Origin: a candidate division WOR-3 bacterium
GTDB lineage: Bacteria > Hydrothermota > 32-111
DNA length: 64,000 nucleotides
Assembly (NCBI GenBank): GCA_037481815.1
Contig: JBBFKX010000003.1
Location: 128,001-192,000, forward strand
Direction of reading: 5' to 3'
Shown here: positions 40,607 to 50,312 of the stretch, piece after piece
How positions within the stretch are numbered: position 1 is the first letter of the stretch
Layout: the number at the start of each line of letters is the position of its first letter
Made by a program: the position numbers and the translations under genes
The notes under the pieces: generated by a model
Databases searched by the model: none
What the model saw: the letters and a program-made list of their open reading frames with translations, nothing else
Told to the model about the DNA's origin: nothing

Positions 40607-43130
40607 CTTTTTCCTCTAAATTCTCTTCTTCATCTGATCCTTCATCCTCTTCCCCATACTGTTGTTCATCAACATTTTTTTCACTTCCATTTCCATTCTC
40701 GTTGTATTCATGTGCTATTATCGCAACATCGACTAGTTTATCACCTTCTGCAAGGTTCATCAATCTAACACCAGCAGTGTTCCTTCCGATAACTCTTATA
40801 TCCGATACTGCAATCCTTACTATCTGTCCCGATTCTGCTATCAAAAGAAGTTCATCTTTATCAAGAACTTCGATAGCATCAACAACAGCACCGTTCCTTT
40901 CATGTGTTTTTATCGCTATTACCCCTTTTCCACCTCTATGTGTCTTTCTGTATTCCTGCATCTCTGATCTTTTTCCATATCCATTTTCTGTTGCAATAAA
41001 CAGTGTCGATTCCCTTTTAACAACAACCATGCTGACAACCTCATCACCCTCTTCAAGTGTGACACCTTTAACTCCAGTTGCTCCTCTTCCCATATCTCTC
41101 ACTTCATTTTCTTCAAACCTTATCGCCATTCCCCACTTTGTCACTATGATAACATCGTTTGTTCCATCTGTTAAAGCAACATCTGCAACATTATCATTTT
41201 CATTAAGGTTGAGAGCGATTATTCCACCTTTTCGAGGATTGCTGAATGCGGAAAGTTCTGTTTTCTTTGCTATACCATTTTTTGTGATTATGAAGACAAA
41301 ATGTTTATCATCAAACTCTCTTACGGGAACAGTTCCTCTGATCTCTTCATCCTTTTCAAGTTCAAGAAGGTTGACTATCGCTCTTCCTTTTGATGTTCTT
41401 CCACCTTCAGGGATCTGGAAAACTTTCAACCAGTAAACCTTTCCTTTGTTTGTGAAGAATAGAATATACTGATGTGTTGATGCGATAAAAATCTTTTCAG
41501 CGAAATCATCATCCTTTGTTGTTAATCCGATAACTCCCTTTCCCCCTCTATTCTGTTTCCTGTATGAGGAAATAGATTGTCTTTTTATATATCCCTGATG
41601 TGTTATCGTCACTATAACATTTTCATCCGCTATAAGATCCTCTATTTCAAGTTCCTCATCCTCATTTGGAACTATTTCTGTCAATCTTCCGTCTCCATAC
41701 TCTTTTTTGATTTCAAGAAGTTCCTCTTTTACAACATTCAGAATATTTTTTTCAGATGAAAGTATGAATTTCAACCTTTCGATAAGTTTTATCAACTCTT
41801 CATACTCCTGATCGAGTTTCTCCCTTTCAAGGCCGGTCAACCTTGCAAGTTTCATTTCAAGTATCGCGTTTGCCTGAATTTCTGATAGTTTAAATTTTTT
41901 CTGAAGTTTTTCTGATGCATCCTGAACATTCTCTGATGTTTTTATTATTTTTACAACTTCATCGATATTTGAAACTGCGATTTTCAGTCCTTCAACGATG
42001 TGTGCCCTTTCCTCTGCTTTTTTCAGATCAAATTCTGTTCTTCTTCTGACAACTTCTTCTCTATGTTTTATGTAATGATGGATAATATCCTTCAATCCTA
42101 AAACTTTTGGTTCATTGTTCACAAGACAGATAAACATTATGGAATATGAGGTCTTCAGTTGAGTGTGTTTATAGAGTTGATTTAAAACAACTCTTTTCTC
42201 TGCACCTCTTTTGAGTTCAAGCACTATCCTCATTCCATCCCTATCGCTCTCATCTCTTATATCTGAAATATCTTCTATAACTTTGTTGTTAACAAGTTCA
42301 GCGATCTTTTCGATCAATTTTGCTTTATTTGTCTGATAGGGTATTTCAGTTATAATGATCTGTTCTTTTTCATTCTTTTTTGTTTCAAATTTAACTTTTC
42401 CTTTTAAAATTATCTGCCCTTTTCCTGTCTCATACGCTTTTTTTATTCCACTTATTCCCTGAATTATTCCACCTGTCGGGAAATCTGGTCCCTTTATATA
42501 TTTCATCAACTTTTCAACACTGATTTCAGGGTTATCTATGTATGCAACCATTCCATCAACAAGTTCTGTGATGTTATGTGGTGGAATATTTGTAGCCATT
42601 CCAACAGCGATTCCAGAAGTTCCATTCGCAAGAATGTTTGGAAACTTTGATGGGAGAACTACCGGTTCTTTGTAAGAACCATCAAAGTTTGGCATAAAGT
42701 TGACAGTATCCTTATCGATATCAACAAGCATCTCCTCAGCGATTTTTGAGAGTTTTGCTTCCGTGTACCTGTAAGCAGCAGCAGAATCACCATCTATTGA
42801 ACCAAAGTTTCCCTGTCCTTTCACAAGTGGATACCTTAATGAAAAGTCCTGAACCATTCTGACGAGTGTTTCATAAACAGCCATATCTCCATGAGGATGG
42901 TATTTACCAAGAACATCTCCAACAACTGTTGCTGACTTTTTAAACGGTTTGTTGTGGTAAAGCCCAAGTTCTTTCATCGCATAGAGTATTCTACGATGTA
43001 CTGGTTTTAAACCATCACGAACATCAGGTAAAGCCCTGCTTATGATTACAGACATTGCGTAATCGAGATAAGAGGACTTCATTTCATCTTCGATAGTTAC
43101 ATCAATGATTCTCTGTCTGTTGATATCCAT
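40599..43130 (-). CDS. gyrA: DNA gyrase subunit A
   Basis: [27 protein letters not shown], GyrA-box QNRGGKG, beta-pinwheel repeats, acidic tail. Confidence 0.97.
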   Translation of the reverse strand: MDINRQRIIDVTIEDEMKSSYLDYAMSVIISRALPDVRDGLKPVHRRILYAMKELGLYHNKPFKKSATVVGDVLGKYHPHGDMAVYETLVRMVQDFSLRYPLVKGQGNFGSIDGDSAAAYRYTEAKLSKIAEEMLVDIDKDTVNFMPNFDGSYKEPVVLPSKFPNILANGTSGIAVGMATNIPPHNITELVDGMVAYIDNPEISVEKLMKYIKGPDFPTGGIIQGISGIKKAYETGKGQIILKGKVKFETKKNEKEQIIITEIPYQTNKAKLIEKIAELVNNKVIEDISDIRDESDRDGMRIVLELKRGAEKRVVLNQLYKHTQLKTSYSIMFICLVNNEPKVLGLKDIIHHYIKHREEVVRRRTEFDLKKAEERAHIVEGLKIAVSNIDEVVKIIKTSENVQDASEKLQKKFKLSEIQANAILEMKLARLTGLEREKLDQEYEELIKLIERLKFILSSEKNILNVVKEELLEIKKEYGDGRLTEIVPNEDEELEIEDLIADENVIVTITHQGYIKRQSISSYRKQNRGGKGVIGLTTKDDDFAEKIFIASTHQYILFFTNKGKVYWLKVFQIPEGGRTSKGRAIVNLLELEKDEEIRGTVPVREFDDKHFVFIITKNGIAKKTELSAFSNPRKGGIIALNLNENDNVADVALTDGTNDVIIVTKWGMAIRFEENEVRDMGRGATGVKGVTLEEGDEVVSMVVVKRESTLFIATENGYGKRSEMQEYRKTHRGGKGVIAIKTHERNGAVVDAIEVLDKDELLLIAESGQIVRIAVSDIRVIGRNTAGVRLMNLAEGDKLVDVAIIAHEYNENGNGSEKNVDEQQYGEEDEGSDEEENLEEKDE

Positions 43131-43142
43131 TTACAAAACTCC

Positions 43143-43445
43143 TTAGTATTGTGGATAATTTTTATTTTTCACATTACCATTATTTTTATTGTAAACAAAA
43201 TCCTCTAACGGATTTTCAAGTGTTAGATTTAGTTCAGAAAGATCCTCAGGATACCTTCCATTGTTCATATAAAATGTTGCTATACCATTCCTTAACTTGT
43301 TAAGGTCAGATAACACTTTTGTTTTATCCGGAAGTTGTAAAACCTTTTCTGTTGTTTCTATTGTTTCTTTTTTTGTCTCACAAGCGTTGAATAACATCGA
43401 TATAAATAAAATTATCATAAAAATAAATAATATTCTTTTTATCAT
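43143..43445 (-). CDS. Small lipoprotein, pseudopilin-like C-terminus
   Basis: Lipobox FNAC; FYMNNGRYPEDL. Confidence 0.6.
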   Translation of the reverse strand: MIKRILFIFMIILFISMLFNACETKKETIETTEKVLQLPDKTKVLSDLNKLRNGIATFYMNNGRYPEDLSELNLTLENPLEDFVYNKNNGNVKNKNYPQY

Positions 43446-43519
43446 AATAAGAACTCCTAAAATTTAATGTTTTATTATAACAAAAAACTGAAAATCTTTC
43501 AACTAAAATCAGTTATTTT

Positions 43520-43630
43520 AAAAAATAAAAATGGGCAGATATTGAATCTGCCCGCTGAGCCCCGTAGGGCTTAACAGTTCGGCTTACGCCTTACTGGGAC
43601 TTGACTACAAAACCATTTTAAGTAGAATTT
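43520..43630 (-). ncRNA. tracrRNA
   Basis: Anti-repeat 43593-43628 (32/36 to the repeat, two differences being G.U wobbles), nexus UAAGGC-GUAA-GCC, hairpin AGCCC-UACG-GGGCU, terminator GGGCAGAU/AUCUGCCC + U-rich tail. Confidence 0.92.
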
Positions 43631-43664
43631 AAAAATATTTTAACTATTTAAAAATTTTTGTCAA
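43601..43664. promoter_or_regulatory. Overlapping cas9 and tracrRNA promoters
   Basis: + strand TTGACT(43601)-N16-TAGAAT(43628); - strand TTGACA(43664)-N16-TAAAAT(43637). Confidence 0.65.
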
Positions 43665-43675
43665 GGGGGAATTTT

Positions 43676-46600
43676 ATGAAGTATGTTCTTGGTCTTGATC
43701 TTGGATACAATTCAATCGGCTGGGCTATTTTAGAACAGGATGAAAATGGTAATCCTGTAAAACTTATAAATACAGGTGTTAGATTGTTTGATCCTTCAGT
43801 AGAAGACATGGAAAAGGATGGAAAGGGAAAAACAAAAAATGTCACAAGAAGAGAGGCAAGATTAAGAAGAAGACAACTTTTTAGAAAAACGAAACGACTT
43901 GAAAAACTTTTAAATTTTTTTATAGAAAATAATTTTTTCGAAGATCAAAAAGAAAAGATTTATGATTCTTTTGAAAGGGACGAATTTTTATCCAAACTTG
44001 ATAAAGAATTGTTAAATCCTTATATTTAAGAAGAAAAGGTCTTGATGAAAAACTTGAATTAAAAGAACTCGCAAGGATATTTTACCATATTGCACAACAT
44101 AGAGGTTTTAAAACAACAAAACGAGAACTTGCAAAGATGGAAGATAATAATGAAAAGAAAAAAGAGTCAGGTATTGTGCAGAGTGAGATAAATTCTCTTG
44201 CTGAACAAATAAAACAATCTGGCAGTAGAACTTTGGGAGAATATTTTGCAACACTTTTTGAAAAAGGAGAAAGAATCAGAGGAAAACATACAAGCAGAAA
44301 AATGTATGAAGAGGAGTTTGAGCAGATTTTTAAAAAACAGAAAGAGTTCTATCCAGAAATTTTAACAGATGATTTTAAGAAAAAACTTTACAAACTCATT
44401 TTCTTCCAGAGAGAATTGAAAAGCCAGAAAGATAAAGTTGGAGAATGTATTCTTGAAAAAGGTAAAAAAAGAGCACCCATTGCTCTCCTTGATTCTCAAA
44501 GGTTCAGATATATGTGCAAGGTAAACAATTTGAAACTGATTGATAAAGATACCGGAGAAATAACAGAGTTAACAAAAGAAGAAAAACAGAAAATTTTCAA
44601 TGAACTCGAAAACAATGAAAAACTGACTTTTGATAAGATAAAAAAACTTCTTGGTATAAAAGACAAAGAAAGATTCATTTTCAATATAGAGAAAGGTGGA
44701 GAAAAACATATCACTGGAAACAGAACAAATGTGAAGATGAAAAAGGTTTTTGATGATTGGGACAATTTTGATGAAGAGAAAAAGAACTCCATGATAAACG
44801 AAATCAGAACAATTGTAAAAATAGAAGCACTCGAAAGAAGAGGTTTAAAACTTGGATTTTCCCCTGAACAGGCAAAAAAATTCTCTCAGGTTGTTTTTGA
44901 AGATGGATATTTGAGTTATTCAAAAAAGGCGATCGAAAAACTTTTACCATTTTTAAAAGAAGGTTACAAAGAATATGATGCAATAAAAAAAGTTTACTCT
45001 GTTGAACTTGATAATCCAATACACGAAGAATTTGATTTTCTCCCTGAGATAGAAGATGTCATTCAAGTTAGAAATCCACTCGTTGAAAGAACCCTCTCTG
45101 AAACAAGATATCTTGTGAATTTTCTGATAAAAAAATATGGAAAACCAGAAACAATAAAAATAGAACTTGCAAGAGAATTGAAACTTTCAAATAAACAGAA
45201 AGAACAAAAAGTAAAGGAGAATCGAGAAAACAGGAAAAGAAGAGAGGATGCAATAGAAAAAATAAAAAATGATTTAAACATAACCGAACCAACAGAAGAT
45301 CAGATTTTAAGATACCTTCTTGCAGAAGAATGTGGTTGGCATTGCCCTTATACTGGAAAATCTATTAATATAAACGACCTTTTGGGTCCTCATCCATTAT
45401 TTGATATTGAGCATATAATTCCATTTGATAGATCTCTTGATAACTCTTTCTTAAACAAAACTCTCTGCTACTCAGAAGAAAACAGAAATGTAAAACACAA
45501 CAAAACACCCTATGAAGCATATTTTGGGACCGATAAGTGGGAAGCAATAATTGAAAGAGTAAAAAAATTCAATGGAAACGCCCGACTTGAAAAATTGAGA
45601 AGATTTCAGATGACACCAGAACAGGTTGAAAAACATTTTGAAGATTTTTCATCTCAATATTTGAACGACACAAGATACGCTTCAAAAGAAGCAAAAAAAT
45701 ATCTTGGTTTACTCTATGGTGGAATAAAAGATGATGGAATGGATAATAAAGGAAAAAGAAGAGTCATTGCAAGTTCTGGAAGAGTTACTTCAACATTAAG
45801 AAAAGCCCTTGGATTGAATACAATTTTAAACGAAGAAGATTTCAAAATAAGAGATGACCATCGCCAGCATGCTATTGATGCTATAACAATAGCGTTAACT
45901 GATAATTCAACTATCAAAAAAATTTCTGATGCTGCAAAAAAAGAAAAATCTTTAGAAAAACTTTTCAAAAACTATCCTCTTCCATGGGAAAATTTCAGGC
46001 AGGAGGTTGAAGAAAAAATTACAAACCTTCTCGTTTCAAGAAAAGTTAACAAAAAAGTTTCAGGTCAGATACATGATGAAACATATTACAAAAAACCATT
46101 TGAAGAGAACGGTCAATCTTATACACACAAAAGAGTTAATTTGGAAAGTTTAAGTGAAAAAGATATTGACAATATAGTTGATGAAAGAATAAAAGAGATT
46201 GTAAAAACAACTCTAAACGGAGAAGATCCTAAAATCAAATTCAAAGATCCTAAAAATCATCCTTATGTCGAACAAAAAGATGGAAAAAAAGTTCAAATAC
46301 ATAAGGTTACAATAAAAACCAAATTTGAAACTTATAATGAAATTGGCCCAGAAAAAGCGAAAAGATATGTTCAATCAGCAGATAGCCATCATATTGAAAT
46401 CTTTGAAGATTTGAAAACAGGCAAATGGGATGGATATGTTGTTTCTCTACTTGAGGCATACAAAAGAAAACAGAAAAATCTTCCAATCATAAACAGGAAC
46501 TTCGGAGAGAACAAAAAATTCTTATTTTCTCTTGCAAAAGGAGAGGTTATCGAACTTGATACTGAAGAGGGGAAAAGAGAGTTGTATGTTATAAAAAGAA

Positions 46601-46773
46601 TAGCAGGGAACAATAAACAATTGTTGTTCACTAAAATCCATGATGCAAGAAAATCTGATGAAATTAATAAAAACCCAAAAGGGCTAACAGCTGTTCCATC
46701 TGGACTACAGGCAAGAAATTGTAAAAAAGTTGTTATAAATATTCTTGGAGAAAAACATTACGCAAATGATTGA
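43676..46773 (+). pseudogene. cas9: Type II-C Cas9, ~1032 aa if a 1-nt frameshift at ~44025 is repaired
   Basis: RuvC-I LGLDLGYNSIGWA, Arg-rich bridge helix, NPY/LRRKGLDEKL..HIAQHRGF split across frames, RuvC-II IELARE, HNH DIEHIIP..RSLDNS..NK.LC...N..K.NKTPYE, RuvC-III HAIDA. Confidence 0.93.
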
Positions 46774-47686
46774 AAAAATAGTTGAGATTTCAGAAGGACC
46801 TGTAAAACTTTCTTCTGAGTATGAACAACTGATAGTATCAAAAAATGGAAGTGAAATTTTAAAAATTCCTTTAAATGAAATCGCTGTTATTCTAATTTCA
46901 ACTCCACTTGCTTCAATTTCAACAAATGTAATTTCTCTAATAACCAAAAATAAAGGGATGATTGTAACCTGTGATCAATTCTATCTTCCAGTTGGTGTAT
47001 TTTTACCTTATGAACTCAATTACATTCAATATGAAAGAATACAAAAACAGATTAACGCTTCTTTGCCATTAAAAAAACAACTCTGGAAACAGATAATTTC
47101 AGAGAAAATAAATTCTCAGGCATCAGTTTTAAAAAAACATAAAGGAAACGATTTTGGACTTTTCTACATTTCACAAAAAGTTCAATCAGGTGATTCAACA
47201 AACCTTGAAGCATACTCTTCAAAAATCTACTGGAAACAACTTTTTGGAGAAAAATTCAAACGCGATAAAGATCTACCTGGTGTTAATTCTATTTTAAACT
47301 ATGGTTATACAATTTTAAGAGCGATGACAGCAAGAGCGGTCTGTTCTTCTGGATTAAATCCAACACTTGGTATATTCCATCATAATAAATACAATACCTT
47401 CTGTCTTGCTGACGATCTTATGGAACCATATAGGCCTATAGTTGATGAGTTAACTTATAAGTTGATGATCAACTCAGGAATACAACTCTTTTTAACAAAA
47501 GAGTTAAAAAAAGAAATCATCGAACAACTTCTGGACAAAAAATTTGAAGTTAACAAAGAAAATTATTCACTTAACGAGTCACTGTTTAAATTAGCATCAT
47601 CTCTTGTAAATGTTTATAATGGAAAAGAGAAAAAGTTAAATATTCCAACACCTTATGAAAAGGAAAAAAACACCAACACAAAATAA
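46766..47686 (+). CDS. cas1: Type II CRISPR integrase Cas1
   Basis: KKQLWKQII..KI..Q, SGDSTNLEA..SKIYW..LF, NSILNYGYTILR, GIFHHNKYN.FCLADDLMEPYRP. Confidence 0.96.
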   Translation: MIEKIVEISEGPVKLSSEYEQLIVSKNGSEILKIPLNEIAVILISTPLASISTNVISLITKNKGMIVTCDQFYLPVGVFLPYELNYIQYERIQKQINASLPLKKQLWKQIISEKINSQASVLKKHKGNDFGLFYISQKVQSGDSTNLEAYSSKIYWKQLFGEKFKRDKDLPGVNSILNYGYTILRAMTARAVCSSGLNPTLGIFHHNKYNTFCLADDLMEPYRPIVDELTYKLMINSGIQLFLTKELKKEIIEQLLDKKFEVNKENYSLNESLFKLASSLVNVYNGKEKKLNIPTPYEKEKNTNTK

Positions 47687-48005
47687 CAGATACCATTCGA
47701 TGTGGATTTTAGCACTTTTCGATTTACCAACATTAACAAAAGAGGACAGAAAAAATTACAGGGACTTTAGAAAAGAACTTTTAAAATCTGGTTTTGAACA
47801 ATTACAATTTTCTGTGTATGCAAGATATGTCGGTGACGAAAAAAGAGCGGAAACATTTAAAAACAAAATAAAATCGGTTGTTCCACCAAAAGGTGAAGTC
47901 AGAATAATCTGTTTAACAGATATCCAGTTTGGAAAGATGGAAGTATATTATCAAAATTCCAGGAAAAAACCTGAAAAGAAACTTGAACAACTTCTACTTT
48001 TTTAA
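47655..48005 (+). CDS. cas2: Cas2
   Basis: MWILALFDLP, FRKELLKSGF..LQFSVY, PPKGEVR...LTD.QF, QLLLF. Confidence 0.96.
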   Translation: MKRKKTPTQNNRYHSMWILALFDLPTLTKEDRKNYRDFRKELLKSGFEQLQFSVYARYVGDEKRAETFKNKIKSVVPPKGEVRIICLTDIQFGKMEVYYQNSRKKPEKKLEQLLLF

Positions 48006-48022
48006 TCCAGTTTTAACAATAA

Positions 48023-48053
48023 ACCCTCTCATTGTGTGAACTTAAGAGAGGGT
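48023..48053 (-). terminator. Hairpin between cas2 and array (probable array terminator / leader element)
   Basis: ACCCTCTC-N15-GAGAGGGT, 2 nt from repeat 1, followed by TTATTGTT on the minus strand. Confidence 0.5.
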
Positions 48054-48055
48054 CT

Positions 48056-49742
48056 ATTCTACTTGAAATGGTTTTGTGGTCAAGCCCCAGCAAAGTTTTA
48101 TGCATAGATTCTAAAATTAGTATTCTACTTGAAATGGTTTTGTGGTCAAGCCCCAGCGAAAAATCCTTTGACTTTTCTACAATGCTTATTCTACTTGAAA
48201 TGGTTTTGTGGTCAAGCCCCAGCGCGATTATATTCTTCAAAACAAAATCCTCTATTCTACTTGAAATGGTTTTGTGGTCAAGCCCCAGCTAAACTATGAC
48301 AATAGTGAGGATACTGCTAATTCTACTTGAAATGGTTTTGTGGTCAAGCCCCAGCAACCTTCTTTTGATAATGTCAATATGATAAATTCTACTTGAAATG
48401 GTTTTGTGGTCAAGCCCCAGCGGGATAGCGGAGCAATAGAAAGTGATGCATATTCTACTTGAAATGGTTTTGTGGTCAAGCCCCAGCCAAATAAGAGATG
48501 ATATAGAAGTACTATATATTCTACTTGAAATGGTTTTGTGGTCAAGCCCCAGCTACTCGCTTCTTTCAAGGATGAAAAATAAAATTCTACTTGAAATGGT
48601 TTTGTGGTCAAGCCCCAGCGCTGGAGTTTGTTTCAAGTAATGACTCACCATTCTACTTGAAATGGTTTTGTGGTCAAGCCCCAGCAACTTATGAGGTTTA
48701 TAAAAAATTAAACGAATTCTACTTGAAATGGTTTTGTGGTCAAGCCCCAGCAAAAAAATGTTTTATATATAATAGAAACAAATTCTACTTGAAATGGTTT
48801 TGTGGTCAAGCCCCAGCAGCTTTGAACCCGGTTTATACAGTATTCATATTCTACTTGAAATGGTTTTGTGGTCAAGCCCCAGCCAATTCTTGTGCTTTGT
48901 TTTCAAGTGTGTTATTCTACTTGAAATGGTTTTGTGGTCAAGCCCCAGCAAAGGAATAGGTGTTGGTTTAGGGGCTGGTATTCTACTTGAAATGGTTTTG
49001 TGGTCAAGCCCCAGCCATAGATGGGTCTGATGCATACCCAGATAAATTCTACTTGAAATGGTTTTGTGGTCAAGCCCCAGCTGTTTAATTTGCTTCCTGT
49101 ATTGTAATATTATTCTACTTGAAATGGTTTTGTGGTCAAGCCCCAGCCAAAAACCAAAATGACAGATGTTGAAAGTGATTCTACTTGAAATGGTTTTGTG
49201 GTCAAGCCCCAGCCATAGATGGGTCTGATGCATACCCAGATAAATTCTACTTGAAATGGTTTTGTGGTCAAGCCCCAGCTGTTTAATTTGCTTCCTGTAT
49301 TGTAATATTATTCTACTTGAAATGGTTTTGTGGTCAAGCCCCAGCCAAAAACCAAAATGACAGATGTTGAAAGTGATTCTACTTGAAATGGTTTTGTGGT
49401 CAAGCCCCAGCTATCGATTTGGTTTTGTAATAACATGGTTAATTCTACTTGAAATGGTTTTGTGGTCAAGCCCCAGCCTCGAGTTTGTTTCAAGTAATGA
49501 CTCACCAATTCTACTTGAAATGGTTTTGTGGTCAAGCCCCAGCACCCGGCTTCAATGTTTTTATCTGTATTGAATTCTACTTGAAATGGTTTTGTGGTCA
49601 AGCCCCAGCTCGACTGCACTGGAGATGCTGTTGTTGGAGAATTCTACTTGAAATGGTTTTGTGGTCAAGCCCCAGCTCATTTTTTTGTAAAACTTCCTTA
49701 AAAAATATTCTACTTGAAATGTTTTTGTGGTCAAGCCCCAGC
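48056..49742 (-). CRISPR. Type II-C CRISPR array, 26 repeats / 25 spacers (22 unique)
   Basis: 36-nt repeat ATTCTACTTGAAATGGTTTTGTGGTCAAGCCCCAGC (+), 30-nt spacers (one 31 nt), last repeat has one G>T change; crRNA sense is minus, from tracrRNA complementarity. Confidence 0.99.
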
Positions 49743-49770
49743 TAAGAAGTATATTGTTAAATTGTTATTG

Positions 49771-50058
49771 GGGACGGTGCTTGACTTTTTGACTTTTTTT
49801 TGTAACTTTATTTTTTTACGAAACTTAAAATTGATATAAATTTTTAGTTTTTTTTAATTTTTTTAAAACAAAAAAGTAAACTTTTTTATTCAATATCTTT
49901 TTTTGCCTTTGTTTATGATAGTTTCGGAATAATATAAATAGTGAAAATACAACAAAAACCTTAAAAAAATAAATAAAATTCTAACAGTTTTTTTTCGTAT
50001 AACTTATTTTAAAACAATAAGTTAAAATATTTACTGTCAAAAAGTCAAGCACCGTCCC
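49771..50058. mobile_element. 288-bp non-coding element bounded by perfect 23-bp inverted repeats (MITE/REPIN-like or invertible)
   Basis: GGGACGGTGCTTGACTTTTTGAC at 49771-49793 and its exact reverse complement at 50036-50058; very AT-rich interior; no obvious TSD. Confidence 0.6.
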
Positions 50059-50117
50059 TAAGTTTATTTTTATATTAAAATCTTGTTTTATCTTAAATAA
50101 CCTGTTATAATTATTTT

Positions 50118-50312
50118 ATGAAAAAACCTGTAAAAATTCTAAAGCAAAAGGAAAAAGCAGAATTTAATCGAAGTGTCTGGCATAACATGACTCCTGATGA
50201 AAGATTACAGATTGTTGAAAAATTAAAAGAAAATTATGTCAAAAGTTTTTTAAACAAAAATGCACAAGGATTTAAAAGAGTTTTTAAAAAGTTTAAACGA
50301 AAAAAAAGTTGA
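50118..50312 (+). CDS. Small basic protein, putative partner/antitoxin of the nucleotidyltransferase
   Basis: W..MTPDERL motif; overlaps the next gene; extended -10 lies 6 nt upstream of ATG. Confidence 0.65.
   Translation: MKKPVKILKQKEKAEFNRSVWHNMTPDERLQIVEKLKENYVKSFLNKNAQGFKRVFKKFKRKKS

Noticed and set aside
40702..41436. 244-aa plus-strand ORF and similar antisense ORFs (e.g. 37921-38400, 54411-54965, 60478-60957)
   Set aside because: Shadow frames of well-supported genes on the opposite strand, with no motifs
44137..46773. Novel N-terminally truncated or naturally split Cas9
   Set aside because: The gap encodes conserved Cas9 sequence in the downstream frame, and one base restores a normal protein
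48092..49706. Self-targeting spacers within the window
   Set aside because: Only short AT-rich partial matches noticed (e.g. spacer 25 vs ~29825); an exhaustive search could not be done by eye
48013..49745. Many short repetitive ORFs on both strands
   Set aside because: These are translations of CRISPR repeats
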